Part shown: piece by piece, positions 41,520-50,965 of the stretch
Layout: each line of letters opens with the position of its first letter
Numbering within the stretch: position 1 is the first letter of the stretch
The notes under the pieces: generated by a model
What the model was told of the DNA's origin: nothing
The model's input: the letters and a program-made list of their open reading frames with translations, nothing else
Database searches by the model: none
Virus record (IMG/VR): IMGVR_UViG_2687453341_000008
Reading direction: 5' to 3' (one strand)
Origin: a virus
Lineage: Duplodnaviria > Caudoviricetes
Length of the DNA stretch: 64,000 bases
Position numbers and translations under genes: made by a program

Positions 41520-41861
41520 TCACTCACAAACGATGAGTTGTTTAAAGCCGGACTCTTGATGTTGTGTGGCCCAAGCCAGCACGGTGTTGATCGCTTCGAG
41601 CGACTTGGCCTGGACTTCGATCTTGATTCCCCGCGCTTCAATGAGGAAGCGAACGACGCCAGCGTCGACATCAGGCAATGGAGTCGAAGGGACGTTTGGT
41701 GTGGTGGCGGCAAGGCTCTGATCAAGCTTCTTTCGCCAATAGCTGAAGACTTGTAGGTTGATCTTCTCGTTGCGGCAGAACTGAGAGATGCTGAGACCTG
41801 ATCGTCGAAAGCGATCGAGGCGAGAAGCCCATAGCTGGGCTTTAGAAGTATCACGCGGCAT
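41520..41861 (-). CDS. tnpA: IS66 accessory protein TnpA
   Basis: SGLSISQFCRNEKI....FSYWRKKL HTH. Confidence 0.9.
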   Translation of the reverse strand: MPRDTSKAQLWASRLDRFRRSGLSISQFCRNEKINLQVFSYWRKKLDQSLAATTPNVPSTPLPDVDAGVVRFLIEARGIKIEVQAKSLEAINTVLAWATQHQESGFKQLIVCE

Positions 41862-41970
41862 GTTCGGTGCTCCATCGGTTGAACGCGGCAGCCACCATGG
41901 CCGCCGCTACCGAACACTACAACCGAAATCAAGACCGCGCCGGGACCGAAACGACTGGTGCTGGCGTACG

Positions 41971-41994
41971 ACTATGTAGTCTTGTGTCGGGCAA
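41971..41994 (-). promoter_or_regulatory. Half of circle-junction promoter (-35 TTGCCC; -10 TAGAAT forms on circularisation)
   Basis: Minus strand TTGCCC (41994-41989), 17 nt, T(41971) joined to AGAAT (43728-43724). Confidence 0.75.
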
Positions 41995-42249
41995 GGGGGT
42001 TTAGGATATTTTTTTCGATCGGTTGTATGTTTGGGCGCAGCAGCCATCGGTTTCGCGTTGCGAAATGAGTTCCTAAGTGTGGGCCTTCGTCGGAGCCGAT
42101 TTTCGGTCGCTCACCCCGGCGAAGTGAGTCTTCGAACGGAGCGAATGGCGACTGAAAATCGAGCGTAGGCGATGGACCACACAGGGCCTTTGTTGGTGAG
42201 ATTTGAGGTAGTAACAGTTCTCTTCTTAGGTTCTTGCTAAGCCTTCGAT

Positions 42250-42480
42250 CATGCTGAAACCACGATAGGATTTAAACGACTATTCGAGTTGTTCGTAGGG
42301 TCGCAGGGCATTATGCGTGCGATGCGACAGCGTTTCACTACGATCTCATGAGTCCATGCAATACCTCACGTTGGCTTATTCGCTTACACGATGTGTTCGC
42401 CGGAGGCGACATCAGTACGCCAGCAAGCTCTACGCGAGGTTTTTGGCCTTTCGGGTCCTTATGGTTTCTGCGTCTGGGCT
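42250..42480 (-). ncRNA. Predicted bridge/seek RNA of the IS1111-type element (ends approximate)
   Basis: Two stem-flanked loops carrying TGCTGGCGTAC and GTAAGCG (match target) and CATGGACTC and ATAGTCG (match element ends). Confidence 0.8.
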
Positions 42481-42538
42481 TTGCAAAAGGGTTGTTAAAC
42501 TGTTTTTCTCAACTCTGGGAAAATGTTCTTGAGTGGGC

Positions 42539-43630
42539 TCACGCGGTGTTGGTTGCGGTTGACTGCGGGGCAGCTTGGCCCATTGTCTTGGTTTGCGGTG
42601 GTGACCAGATCGCTCCATCGCGAAGCATGGCCCAGGCTGTCACCAATATCTTGCGCGCGACAGCAATGATTGCTTGCTTCTTACGCGATTTGGAACCGCC
42701 TCGTACACGGTCATACAAGGCTTTGAAGTGTGGGTTGAAGCGGATAGCACACCAAGCAACTTCGGTGAGTACCGAACGAAGCAATCGCGGTCCGCGACGA
42801 CTGATACGATTCTGGCGATCCATCTTGCCGCTTTGCCATTTTTTGGGAGCCAGCCCAGCGTAAGAGCTAACTTTACGTGCACTCTCAAAACGTTTAGCAT
42901 CGTCGATATGCGCAACAATCACTTGAGAACCGACAACGCCAACACCTGGTATCGATTGGACAATCTCGATACGTGGATCGGGCTTGGAGATTATTGCCAA
43001 TTGCTTCTCAATACGCCGCATGAGTTTCAGCGTTGCTACCAAATGCGTCAGCTGCACATCGAGAGTACCTCGCCAATACTCCGATGCGGTGCATTTCTCG
43101 AAGGGTTTTCGGAGTTTGCCAAGATCGTTTTCAATATAGCTCTTGGACCATGCGGTTTTGCCAGCAGCACACTCTTCACCTTGGGCCATTAGATTCGATC
43201 GAATGGCGTTCTGAGTTGCTGTAGCCTGCGCTTGAAGCTTCTTACGATAACGGACTAATTGCTGAAATTGGCGATGCTCAGGTGAAGGTATATGGACGGA
43301 GTTGATTTCGTTATTTCTGGCCATTTTAGCGAGCTTGAGTGCATCGTCTTTGTCGGTCTTGCGTTTGACCTTTCCCCATTGCCAAGCTTCGCCACCGGGG
43401 TGAGCGACCAGTACTTCAATGCCAAGTTTACGAGCCAGATCCACAACCCAACCGGAGAGCCCGCAAGATTCGAATACGAGTAGCGACGGTTTCACGTCAA
43501 CAAGAAATTGTTCAAACGTTTTTGGATGAGTCATGATGGTTTTGAAAACCGGTACCGAACTGTGATCCTCGGTCAGCAGGCAGGATGCTGTCTTGAATTT
43601 TCCGAGATCGAGAGCGAGAATTGTTTGCAT
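42539..43630 (-). CDS. IS110-family DEDD recombinase
   Basis: LALDLGK, VFES, KTDKDDA, SIPGVG, SSYAGLAP...QSG motifs. Confidence 0.95.
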   Translation of the reverse strand: MQTILALDLGKFKTASCLLTEDHSSVPVFKTIMTHPKTFEQFLVDVKPSLLVFESCGLSGWVVDLARKLGIEVLVAHPGGEAWQWGKVKRKTDKDDALKLAKMARNNEINSVHIPSPEHRQFQQLVRYRKKLQAQATATQNAIRSNLMAQGEECAAGKTAWSKSYIENDLGKLRKPFEKCTASEYWRGTLDVQLTHLVATLKLMRRIEKQLAIISKPDPRIEIVQSIPGVGVVGSQVIVAHIDDAKRFESARKVSSYAGLAPKKWQSGKMDRQNRISRRGPRLLRSVLTEVAWCAIRFNPHFKALYDRVRGGSKSRKKQAIIAVARKILVTAWAMLRDGAIWSPPQTKTMGQAAPQSTATNTA

Positions 43631-44014
43631 GGTCGTGAGTCTCTGGGCAGAAGGGAATTGAAACGGTTATATCAATAGCCTACCGAACTCAGCGTTCGGC
43701 TGCCCGACTCATGACTTACATGGATTCTCTTACTATGCACCTACGTCTTGCACCAAGAAACGAGGATCACCAAGCGAGCGACAAGCTCGATGGATGTCTG
43801 ATAGACCGTCGCAAGCCAGAAAATCGAGGTAGAACCAACTCACAATACTACAGAAACGCCCAAAGAGATCGCCAGTTTGCACCGAAGTGAGTCCAAGCAC
43901 ATCGATTGCATGAGCTGTGCCTCAGAGAAACTCGCGCCGCACCATCAACTCGCCTAATAGCGCCGAGTTCTCGAACGCTTTTCTCCAGAATGTTCTGCAG
44001 CGCCGAAGAGCTAC

Positions 44015-46057
44015 TCACTCACGAACACCCGTGTCGTAAAGTACATAGTTTCCAGAACTAAAGTCTTCGTTTCTGCGGAACGATGGATGAGCATCAAGCT
44101 CTTCGTAAGCATTACGATATCGGGCTATCTCCTGTTTCGTTTCCATTTGCGCCACAACGATGTCTATTTTATCTCTCGTGACAATATTCATCGCATGGTC
44201 TATATTGTAGAACAACATGGGCTGTGTCACAAAATATTGACGTCGCGACCCGAAAAACGGGTACGACCTCTCATCAAACACTAATACTCGATGCGGATTC
44301 TTATCGAACCTCGTAAAAACTGCAGAACGACTATAGCGATAAAAATGTTCAGCAAGCCCCTCATGCCAACGACGCTCTAAATAAGCGATCCCTATCGCAG
44401 CCGACACAGCCAATGCAACAGCGACAGTAGCCCGCTTCAATAATGCATAACGATACGGGGGGCGACAAACAATACCCATGTAGCTGAGTTGCACAACAGG
44501 AATAATCAAGAATATTGCGATACTAACCCCAAGCCATTGTGCGATGCGGAATTGAGAAATACTTGTAATCAGGTACACGGTAGGAGCTCCGCCTATCAAG
44601 AGCAAGGTGCCGTTTTCCAGCACGGGGTATCTGGCAATTACTATCGACAATCCTTTTGCTATACCAAAAAACCCCAATAACAATGAAAAAACCCAAAACG
44701 TTAAACCGTATCTCGCTGTAGTATAACCCCAACGAAGATGATTTAATGTTCCTGGCTGATCCTCGACAAGCATTGGCGTAATTAACAATACCACTCCGCA
44801 GGAAAAATATGGTAATGTCCATTCAGCGACAATATTCCAAGAACGAGTGCGCCGGGACGACAAGGCAAAAAGCACGGTACTCGGTGCCACACCAAACGCG
44901 AACAGCATTGCCAGACCAAAGTGCTTCGCAATTGCAGCGAGCACAAGATCCATTGTTTGCCAGTTTAGGTGATACAAGAGAGTTGTTCGATGAATACCGG
45001 GGTATGGCACTCGGTCTGTAAAATCACTTGATCCAATTGGGTAGAACGGATTGCCTGTCATCACGAAATTGCGTCCAAACCAAAAAGCTCCGATTGAGAT
45101 AAATGGGACAACAAACCCGATCCAATTGCTTGCCGAGACGGCATTGCGGTCCACTCCTCGCAATGAACGAACGACGAGCAATGAAGGAAGAATGATCGCA
45201 TAAGGAATCGCATAGTATTTAATGCCGACAAGAACTCCCGTCGTAATGCCAAATAGAAGAAAAGCCATCTGACCACGAAAGCGAGTGAGTTCGTAATACG
45301 CAAGGGAAGCGAAGAAAAAGGACGCCACTGGCAAATCATTGGAAGCATCAATCGTCTGACGCATTGTGACCAAGCTTGCGACGGAAAGAAAAGCAGCTAG
45401 GTATTGCCATTTGCACCTGAGCCCCAATCGTTTAGATAAAACTACGATTGAACAAAAGAGAATCAGAACCGCAGGCAGGTTGTTCAATGCAATCAAATAA
45501 TCCCCCGAGAAGGGAACTGCAAACCACGCACCCAATAATTCACTCGTTGCTGGCATTGACCACCGTGCAGAATGCGTCGAATACAAACTCTCTGCTTGTA
45601 TCCAGTGATCGATAAACGGCAGGTGATACATCAGATTGTCCCAATCCGATGGCCAACGCAGGAACCCATTCAAAAGAATGTTTCCAGCAAGTAATGAAAT
45701 CGCCACCCATGAAATGAAGTATACGAATCGACATCTTTTCCGTGTCTTCGATCTCGTTTTGGTCGTATGTAACCCATTGTATCGATACAAGAGAATGCGG
45801 AGCACGATCGCGGTAAGGCCCACGGACGCAAGAACTCCGAATCGATGAAAGATTACGAATCCACCGGCTATGAACTCGGCAACTAACAATATACCGACGT
45901 AGAGCACGCACATGTGCAAAAGTCGTTCAGCTCCATAACAACGAGGACACAAAGCGAGCATAGCGCCACGAACCACTTGGAACACTAGATAGTTAATAGC
46001 TATCCAGACAATCGCAACACCTGCGTCCCCTGTGGTCAGAGATTCAATTATATCCAT
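44015..46057 (-). CDS. Polytopic membrane protein, GT-C/ArnT-like glycosyltransferase candidate
   Basis: Many TM helices; WDNLMYHLP, SNDL, GIKY, WFGRNFVMTGNPFYP motifs. Confidence 0.65.
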   Translation of the reverse strand: MDIIESLTTGDAGVAIVWIAINYLVFQVVRGAMLALCPRCYGAERLLHMCVLYVGILLVAEFIAGGFVIFHRFGVLASVGLTAIVLRILLYRYNGLHTTKTRSKTRKRCRFVYFISWVAISLLAGNILLNGFLRWPSDWDNLMYHLPFIDHWIQAESLYSTHSARWSMPATSELLGAWFAVPFSGDYLIALNNLPAVLILFCSIVVLSKRLGLRCKWQYLAAFLSVASLVTMRQTIDASNDLPVASFFFASLAYYELTRFRGQMAFLLFGITTGVLVGIKYYAIPYAIILPSLLVVRSLRGVDRNAVSASNWIGFVVPFISIGAFWFGRNFVMTGNPFYPIGSSDFTDRVPYPGIHRTTLLYHLNWQTMDLVLAAIAKHFGLAMLFAFGVAPSTVLFALSSRRTRSWNIVAEWTLPYFSCGVVLLITPMLVEDQPGTLNHLRWGYTTARYGLTFWVFSLLLGFFGIAKGLSIVIARYPVLENGTLLLIGGAPTVYLITSISQFRIAQWLGVSIAIFLIIPVVQLSYMGIVCRPPYRYALLKRATVAVALAVSAAIGIAYLERRWHEGLAEHFYRYSRSAVFTRFDKNPHRVLVFDERSYPFFGSRRQYFVTQPMLFYNIDHAMNIVTRDKIDIVVAQMETKQEIARYRNAYEELDAHPSFRRNEDFSSGNYVLYDTGVRE

Positions 46058-46964
46058 AGGCTCGTTGCATTCTTCCTGCTAACAATCTGACAAGAATACG
46101 ATCACTCAACGCGAGACGGTCTTTCCAACCCAAGTCACTGCGAATATTTGCAAAATCAAAGTCTAATTTATCGGGGTTTCCACCGATTGGATGGCAACGT
46201 TCTCGAAAACCGTTTACACAGCTCGACTGAATCCCGCCTTCAACTTGAGCAGTCTGTAACACCGTCTCCAAAACTCCACTAGGATCTGTCGCAAAATCTT
46301 CATATCGGACGACAAGCGCTGGGACCTGATATCGCTCGATAAGACGACGGATATGGGAATTAAACATACGCCAACTTATTGCGCTGACCACGGTCGGATA
46401 ACGTGGCATCAAACGGTGCTCCCAGTATATCTCTAATCGCTGCTTCTTCCTTTTCCACGCGCTGACGATGGCGCGACAATCACGGACCAAATGAACTACA
46501 AATACTGGTGGTAGTTTGCGTTGCTGTTCCAATAAGACGCCGAGATCAGTTGGATACTTGGAGGAATCGACCACAACAGGGCAATGCGTTGCATTTACGA
46601 TCGCACTTAGTAACGCACTGTAATGGGTAACGTATGCGACATCGTTCATCCCTCCGAGTCGTTGGTTTAATTGGAGATTCACCATTCGGCGAAAACTACT
46701 TGACTGATTTCGGTGTAGAAGGACCTTCGAAATGTCGAAACGTTTGTACTCGCCACGAAAATTGGATTGGACGCGTGACCAATGCTTGCATTCTGAAAAC
46801 CGACTGCCGCACCCGCACAATTCATCGTCGACAAACCCTCGTTTCCAAACATGCGTTAATTCTCCTGGAAAAGATATGTTGGAATTTAACGCAAGACATT
46901 GTCCTAGGAGTGTTGAGCCATTACGCCCTGTACCTGCAATGTAAATAAGCCTTCTAGTTTCCAT
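46044..46964 (-). CDS. Sulfotransferase
   Basis: YIAGTGRNGSTLL PAPS loop, VVDSSK, HLVRD, VRYEDF. Confidence 0.9.
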   Translation of the reverse strand: METRRLIYIAGTGRNGSTLLGQCLALNSNISFPGELTHVWKRGFVDDELCGCGSRFSECKHWSRVQSNFRGEYKRFDISKVLLHRNQSSSFRRMVNLQLNQRLGGMNDVAYVTHYSALLSAIVNATHCPVVVDSSKYPTDLGVLLEQQRKLPPVFVVHLVRDCRAIVSAWKRKKQRLEIYWEHRLMPRYPTVVSAISWRMFNSHIRRLIERYQVPALVVRYEDFATDPSGVLETVLQTAQVEGGIQSSCVNGFRERCHPIGGNPDKLDFDFANIRSDLGWKDRLALSDRILVRLLAGRMQRAYGYN

Positions 46965-46977
46965 CTTAAAACAATTA

Positions 46978-48036
46978 TTAGCGGTTTATAGACCCATACC
47001 TATATCGTGAGAGAAAACCACGCCAAAGCTTTGTACTCGGGCCATAACCCCCTGTAAGCATGCGATCGGTCAGGAAATCGCAGTCGAGCGCCATTACTTG
47101 ACTTGGGTGATGTCTGTGTTGCGCCGATAGAGAACCGGCTGCCAAATCCCAAATCCCCACAGAAAAGTCAGACGATGCCGATATCAAGGTTGTACCATCC
47201 GGGGAAAAATGCAATCGATTTATCTCGCCCCAATGACCGTACAACTCTTTAACCTTCGCCTTCGTTACTAGGTCGATAATCTTAATTACCCGTTGCTTTC
47301 CCCCAATTGCGAGTTCGGAACGGCCGGGGCGAAATGCCGTTGCAAATATTGGCCCTTTCCTAGCTTCGCCCCCGACTATAATCTGTGGGCCTTCCTCGTA
47401 CTTCCAATTCCAACAATAGACATCTCCAGTGGCACTGCCAAACGCAAGTTGATTACCTGTAGCGTCAAAGGAAACGCGGTGCAATTGGTTGTTACCGACC
47501 TTAGATCGCCTGAGGTTTTTACGCGTTTCAAGGTCCCAAACGGTAACATACCATACATTTTTTAGACTACTGAGAGTTGCCATAAGTTTGCCACTCGAGT
47601 CTAAGACCGTATTTAGAACTTCTCCTCCCTTTTCAATCTCCAGTTTGGATGATTCCGTTCCGTTGTCGATATCCCAAAACTTAATCGTTCCGTCTAGAGA
47701 TGATGATATCAGCGTTTTGCCGTCCGGCGTTCGATCGATAGCTGTGATCGGTGCTCGATGGCCAGCTAAAAAGAGGGGGTTCTTTCCATTTGAATCACAA
47801 ATGCAGATGTGCGTATAGCTCATTGTAGCGACACGATTTGTGCCAGGTAGTAAACGACAATCCATGATTGGACTGCTGTGATTCCCAAGTTCTCGAGGAT
47901 TCAGCGTCTGCAAATAGCGGACAAACAACACCGATCCCCATCCGAGCAGTGAAAAACTCGAAATTACGATAACTGTTGCTAACAATCGCTTCACCGGCAT
48001 TTGTCGGGTTACTTTTTGCAGCTTCATCGTCGTCAA
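46978..48036 (-). CDS. Membrane-anchored WD40-repeat protein
   Basis: GH...SSSLDGTIKFWD and GH...SASSDFSVGIWD repeats. Confidence 0.9.
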   Translation of the reverse strand: MTTMKLQKVTRQMPVKRLLATVIVISSFSLLGWGSVLFVRYLQTLNPRELGNHSSPIMDCRLLPGTNRVATMSYTHICICDSNGKNPLFLAGHRAPITAIDRTPDGKTLISSSLDGTIKFWDIDNGTESSKLEIEKGGEVLNTVLDSSGKLMATLSSLKNVWYVTVWDLETRKNLRRSKVGNNQLHRVSFDATGNQLAFGSATGDVYCWNWKYEEGPQIIVGGEARKGPIFATAFRPGRSELAIGGKQRVIKIIDLVTKAKVKELYGHWGEINRLHFSPDGTTLISASSDFSVGIWDLAAGSLSAQHRHHPSQVMALDCDFLTDRMLTGGYGPSTKLWRGFLSRYRYGSINR

Positions 48037-48042
48037 CCTATC

Positions 48043-49005
48043 CTAATCGGGGATCGCAACGGTTTCAGCAGCACTGCTGGTGAAAATAGCGACAAGCGTA
48101 TTAGTGTCGATTCTTTGACTCCAGAAACGGACAGATCCGTCACAAGATACCATCTGCGCTCCACCACCGGCGTGAAGGCTTCGAGGCCCTGCATTGGAGA
48201 ATGCGTTGTTCTGAAAGTTGCATGGCAATATAGAGTCGCCAAACGCACAAAAAGGAATCCATTCTCGCACCGGATCCCCGTTAATGCCTTGGCACTGCAT
48301 ATCGCAATCCAGTCCAAGCATCGAGGAACCTGGCGCATGGAATGCCCACACGCCCCTGTTGTCAGCTCGATTTGGATGAGCGAGTAATTCAGAGACAGCA
48401 ATTGTCGTGGAAAGACCATCGATGATACTGCCCAATCGAAGGAATGAGTTCTGTCCCATGACTCCTCGAAACTCGTGTTGTTTCCAGAAGGTCGCACCCC
48501 AAGAAGCGGCTCCGTAGTTTGCCGCGTAGTTGGCACGTGCAAAACGAACACCAGTCATGGACTCGAACTCCGAGGCACTATTGAACGCGTCGGATGGGCA
48601 AAGTAATGTGGGGATACGCGTCGTTCTAAACCTTGCAAATGGCTCGCTGTCGATGGACTGTCTATTGTCGAACTGCTCAGCAATGCTAGTCCCCTCGATC
48701 ATAGGAAGTATTGCGATCGACCATGTTGTAAACGGAAACTGACGGCCTTCGTCGAGATACCCCGCAGGTCGGATTGCAGCAGCAGGCAAATTTTTATACA
48801 CCGATTCATAACTTACAATCGCAAGACCAATTTGTTTCAAGTTGTTTTGGCAATGCGATTTCCTTGCCGACTCACGAGCGACCTGCACAGCCGGTACGAG
48901 TATTCCAGCCAAAGTTCCAATTATAGCAATAACGACCAGCATCTCTACGAGCGTTATCGCTCGCCGTTTCGAACAGGCAATCTTAATTCGCGAATACACG
49001 AGCAC
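48043..49005 (-). CDS. DUF1559 prepilin-type protein
   Basis: AITLVEMLVVIAIIG..VQVARESARKSHCQNNLKQIGLA; IIDGLSTT; SLHAGG....CDGSVRF. Confidence 0.92.
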   Translation of the reverse strand: MLVYSRIKIACSKRRAITLVEMLVVIAIIGTLAGILVPAVQVARESARKSHCQNNLKQIGLAIVSYESVYKNLPAAAIRPAGYLDEGRQFPFTTWSIAILPMIEGTSIAEQFDNRQSIDSEPFARFRTTRIPTLLCPSDAFNSASEFESMTGVRFARANYAANYGAASWGATFWKQHEFRGVMGQNSFLRLGSIIDGLSTTIAVSELLAHPNRADNRGVWAFHAPGSSMLGLDCDMQCQGINGDPVREWIPFCAFGDSILPCNFQNNAFSNAGPRSLHAGGGAQMVSCDGSVRFWSQRIDTNTLVAIFTSSAAETVAIPD

Positions 49006-49044
49006 CCTCTTACTTTCAACTGTTATGTTTTAAATGGATCCAAC

Positions 49045-50016
49045 TCACTTGGCTCGCTTTCTTAATAACTTGTACCCAAGAGCAATCAGACAGGCGCCAG
49101 TTGCCAGAAAAATCCAGGCAATTCTTGTCATGCCCCTCTTCTTGGGATTGACTCCGTAGTATTCCATTGTGAACGACTTCGCCGGAGGTGGATCGAATGA
49201 AATGTCGCGATACCTCAAGTGCGTTGTTTCACCGAACCGATTCGCTCCACTTATGTCACTCAACTTGTCATTTACTTCATCAAGAGCTAATGGAGAAAGT
49301 GTCGTGTACTTGAATTCCCCAACGTGCTGGGATTTGTTTGAAAACTTTAATTCATAATTACGAATAGCCCAGTTAATGTCTCTGTCAACCACGAGGCTTC
49401 CCGATTCAAGTGTCATCTCAGACGTCGATAAAGTGGTGCTAGACCTATGTCGAAAACGCAAATTGAACAAGTTATTCGTCCTATCAACTCGTGAAGGTTC
49501 TGAAATTTCATAATCGTCTCTAGCTAAAATATGAATAAGGTTCATTGACGCAGGTCGGAGGAAAGCGCTTCTCATCTCTAAAAGCCCATCAGAATTTGGC
49601 GGGTACGATCCATCATACTCTTCAAAATCGATCTGAAAGCCATTTGCTTGCCCTAGCCTGCTCAATACGAATGAACTTTTTGGTGACTTGCACACGACCG
49701 ATCTGAATCCGTCTTTTTTATTTTCTCGATCTTTAACTAGTTCAGTATCTAGCAAGCTAAACACGCCGTCCGACCTGACGAAATATCTTGTGACTGAATT
49801 CAACTCAATCCTTTTGCCAGTGTTATTCATAAAAAGAGATTGGGTTTTTTCAATTTCCGCAGAATATGCACCGGAACATTGAGACTCAAGAGAACGCCAC
49901 CCCTGGATAACAATTTGAGCCGTCGGCGTAGTTTCATCAACTTGTGTCGATTGCCAGCCTCCGAGTCCAGTAGCGAACACAGAATGAAGCAACAACAGCA
50001 TGGAAATGCACATCAC
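49045..50016 (-). CDS. Exported protein with C-terminal membrane anchor
   Basis: Signal-like N-terminus; C-terminal TM helix followed by RKRAK. Confidence 0.7.
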   Translation of the reverse strand: MMCISMLLLLHSVFATGLGGWQSTQVDETTPTAQIVIQGWRSLESQCSGAYSAEIEKTQSLFMNNTGKRIELNSVTRYFVRSDGVFSLLDTELVKDRENKKDGFRSVVCKSPKSSFVLSRLGQANGFQIDFEEYDGSYPPNSDGLLEMRSAFLRPASMNLIHILARDDYEISEPSRVDRTNNLFNLRFRHRSSTTLSTSEMTLESGSLVVDRDINWAIRNYELKFSNKSQHVGEFKYTTLSPLALDEVNDKLSDISGANRFGETTHLRYRDISFDPPPAKSFTMEYYGVNPKKRGMTRIAWIFLATGACLIALGYKLLRKRAK

Positions 50017-50046
50017 ATGAGTCCTAACGGTCCAAGAATCTTGAAG

Positions 50047-50079
50047 TGGCGGCCTAGGCCTAACAAGGCTAGGCCGCCA
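50047..50079. promoter_or_regulatory. GC-rich hairpin downstream of peptide gene
   Basis: TGGCGGCCTAG / CTAGGCCGCCA 11-bp stem, no U tract after it on the minus strand. Confidence 0.5.
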
Positions 50080-50097
50080 AGAAAAAACAATTATCGC

Positions 50098-50334
50098 CTA
50101 ATAGCAGATTGAGCATGGCGGCAATCCACCACATCCATTACACCAGCACGAATATCCAGTCGCTTGACAACGACATAACTTGCTGTTTGTTGACGGGTTT
50201 TGCACCTCTTGGCAACCGCAGGCATTATTACAGAAAAAGGACTCGTCCGATCCGACGGATATTTCCGACATCGATACAAATGCCATGAAGATACCGAACG
50301 AGATGGATGCGTACCCCACCATTTGCCTCATCAT
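50098..50334 (-). CDS. Small secreted cysteine-rich peptide (10 Cys)
   Basis: Hydrophobic leader then CNNACGC...CRC...CWCNGC...CSICY; co-oriented in operon with upstream purine-rich RBS-like tract. Confidence 0.7.
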   Translation of the reverse strand: MMRQMVGYASISFGIFMAFVSMSEISVGSDESFFCNNACGCQEVQNPSTNSKLCRCQATGYSCWCNGCGGLPPCSICY

Positions 50335-50417
50335 GAAACTACCCCACTTCTATCTTACCAAACGAAATTTAGCGTTCAACCGACATGAACGCTACGTAAA
50401 ACCGCTTTGCTTGCGAA

Positions 50418-50846
50418 TCACTCTTGAAGCTTCACAGTAATTGGATGATCTGCGTTTTTTGTGTCAACAAGTACAAAACGGTAATTCAATTGCGATGTCG
50501 ATCGTCGTTCGCGTAGTGTTAGATCTTTTGAATCAAAAGCTTTCAATTGGAACGACTCAGGAGCTAATTGAGCGCACTCACAAGCGGAAATCGTGCGTTC
50601 TATATTAATCGTGCTGCCAGAGAGATTGCGAATAGAAACGGTCCAATCAACAAAATCGCTCGATGAGTTATTCGGGTCTGCCGAGCGAACCTTTTCCGCA
50701 ACAAGAACTACTCCACGAAGATTGAGACGCATTGAATGAATGGATCCCCACCGCCATAGAGCGAATAGAAAAATGCACAACGTAAGAAACAGGACGGTAA
50801 CTACATGCTTTAACCAGTGCTCCCATATATTCTTACCCCAGGTCAT
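50418..50846 (-). CDS. DUF1573-like Ig-fold protein with membrane anchor
   Basis: IRNLSGSTINIERTISACEC motif. Confidence 0.65.
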   Translation of the reverse strand: MTWGKNIWEHWLKHVVTVLFLTLCIFLFALWRWGSIHSMRLNLRGVVLVAEKVRSADPNNSSSDFVDWTVSIRNLSGSTINIERTISACECAQLAPESFQLKAFDSKDLTLRERRSTSQLNYRFVLVDTKNADHPITVKLQE

Positions 50847-50965
50847 AACGATTCAGTCCTTTATTCCTAGTTTCTGGATTTCGCATTGATGCGGTGCGGA
50901 GTGTTCTCTGCAGTCAAAATCTTTAGTGCAGCAAAAGAACAGAAGTCAACTACCTTCGTAAACGT

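Larger units (their letters stand above)
41971..43728 (-). mobile_element. IS110-family element, IS1111 group
   Basis: Subterminal imperfect IRs 41972-41992 (CTATGTAGTCTTGTGTCGGGC) and 43702-43723 (GCCCGACTCATGACTTACATGG); long non-coding end downstream of the gene; removal restores the IS66 end. Confidence 0.9.
39276..43733 (-). mobile_element. IS66-family element, tnpA-side terminal IR interrupted by an IS1111-type element
   Basis: End GTAAGCGTAC at 39276; other end reconstituted from GGCGTACG (to 41970) + CTTAC (43729-43733); tnpA/B/C present; flanks CTACGCCG vs TATGCACC give no target duplication. Confidence 0.88.
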
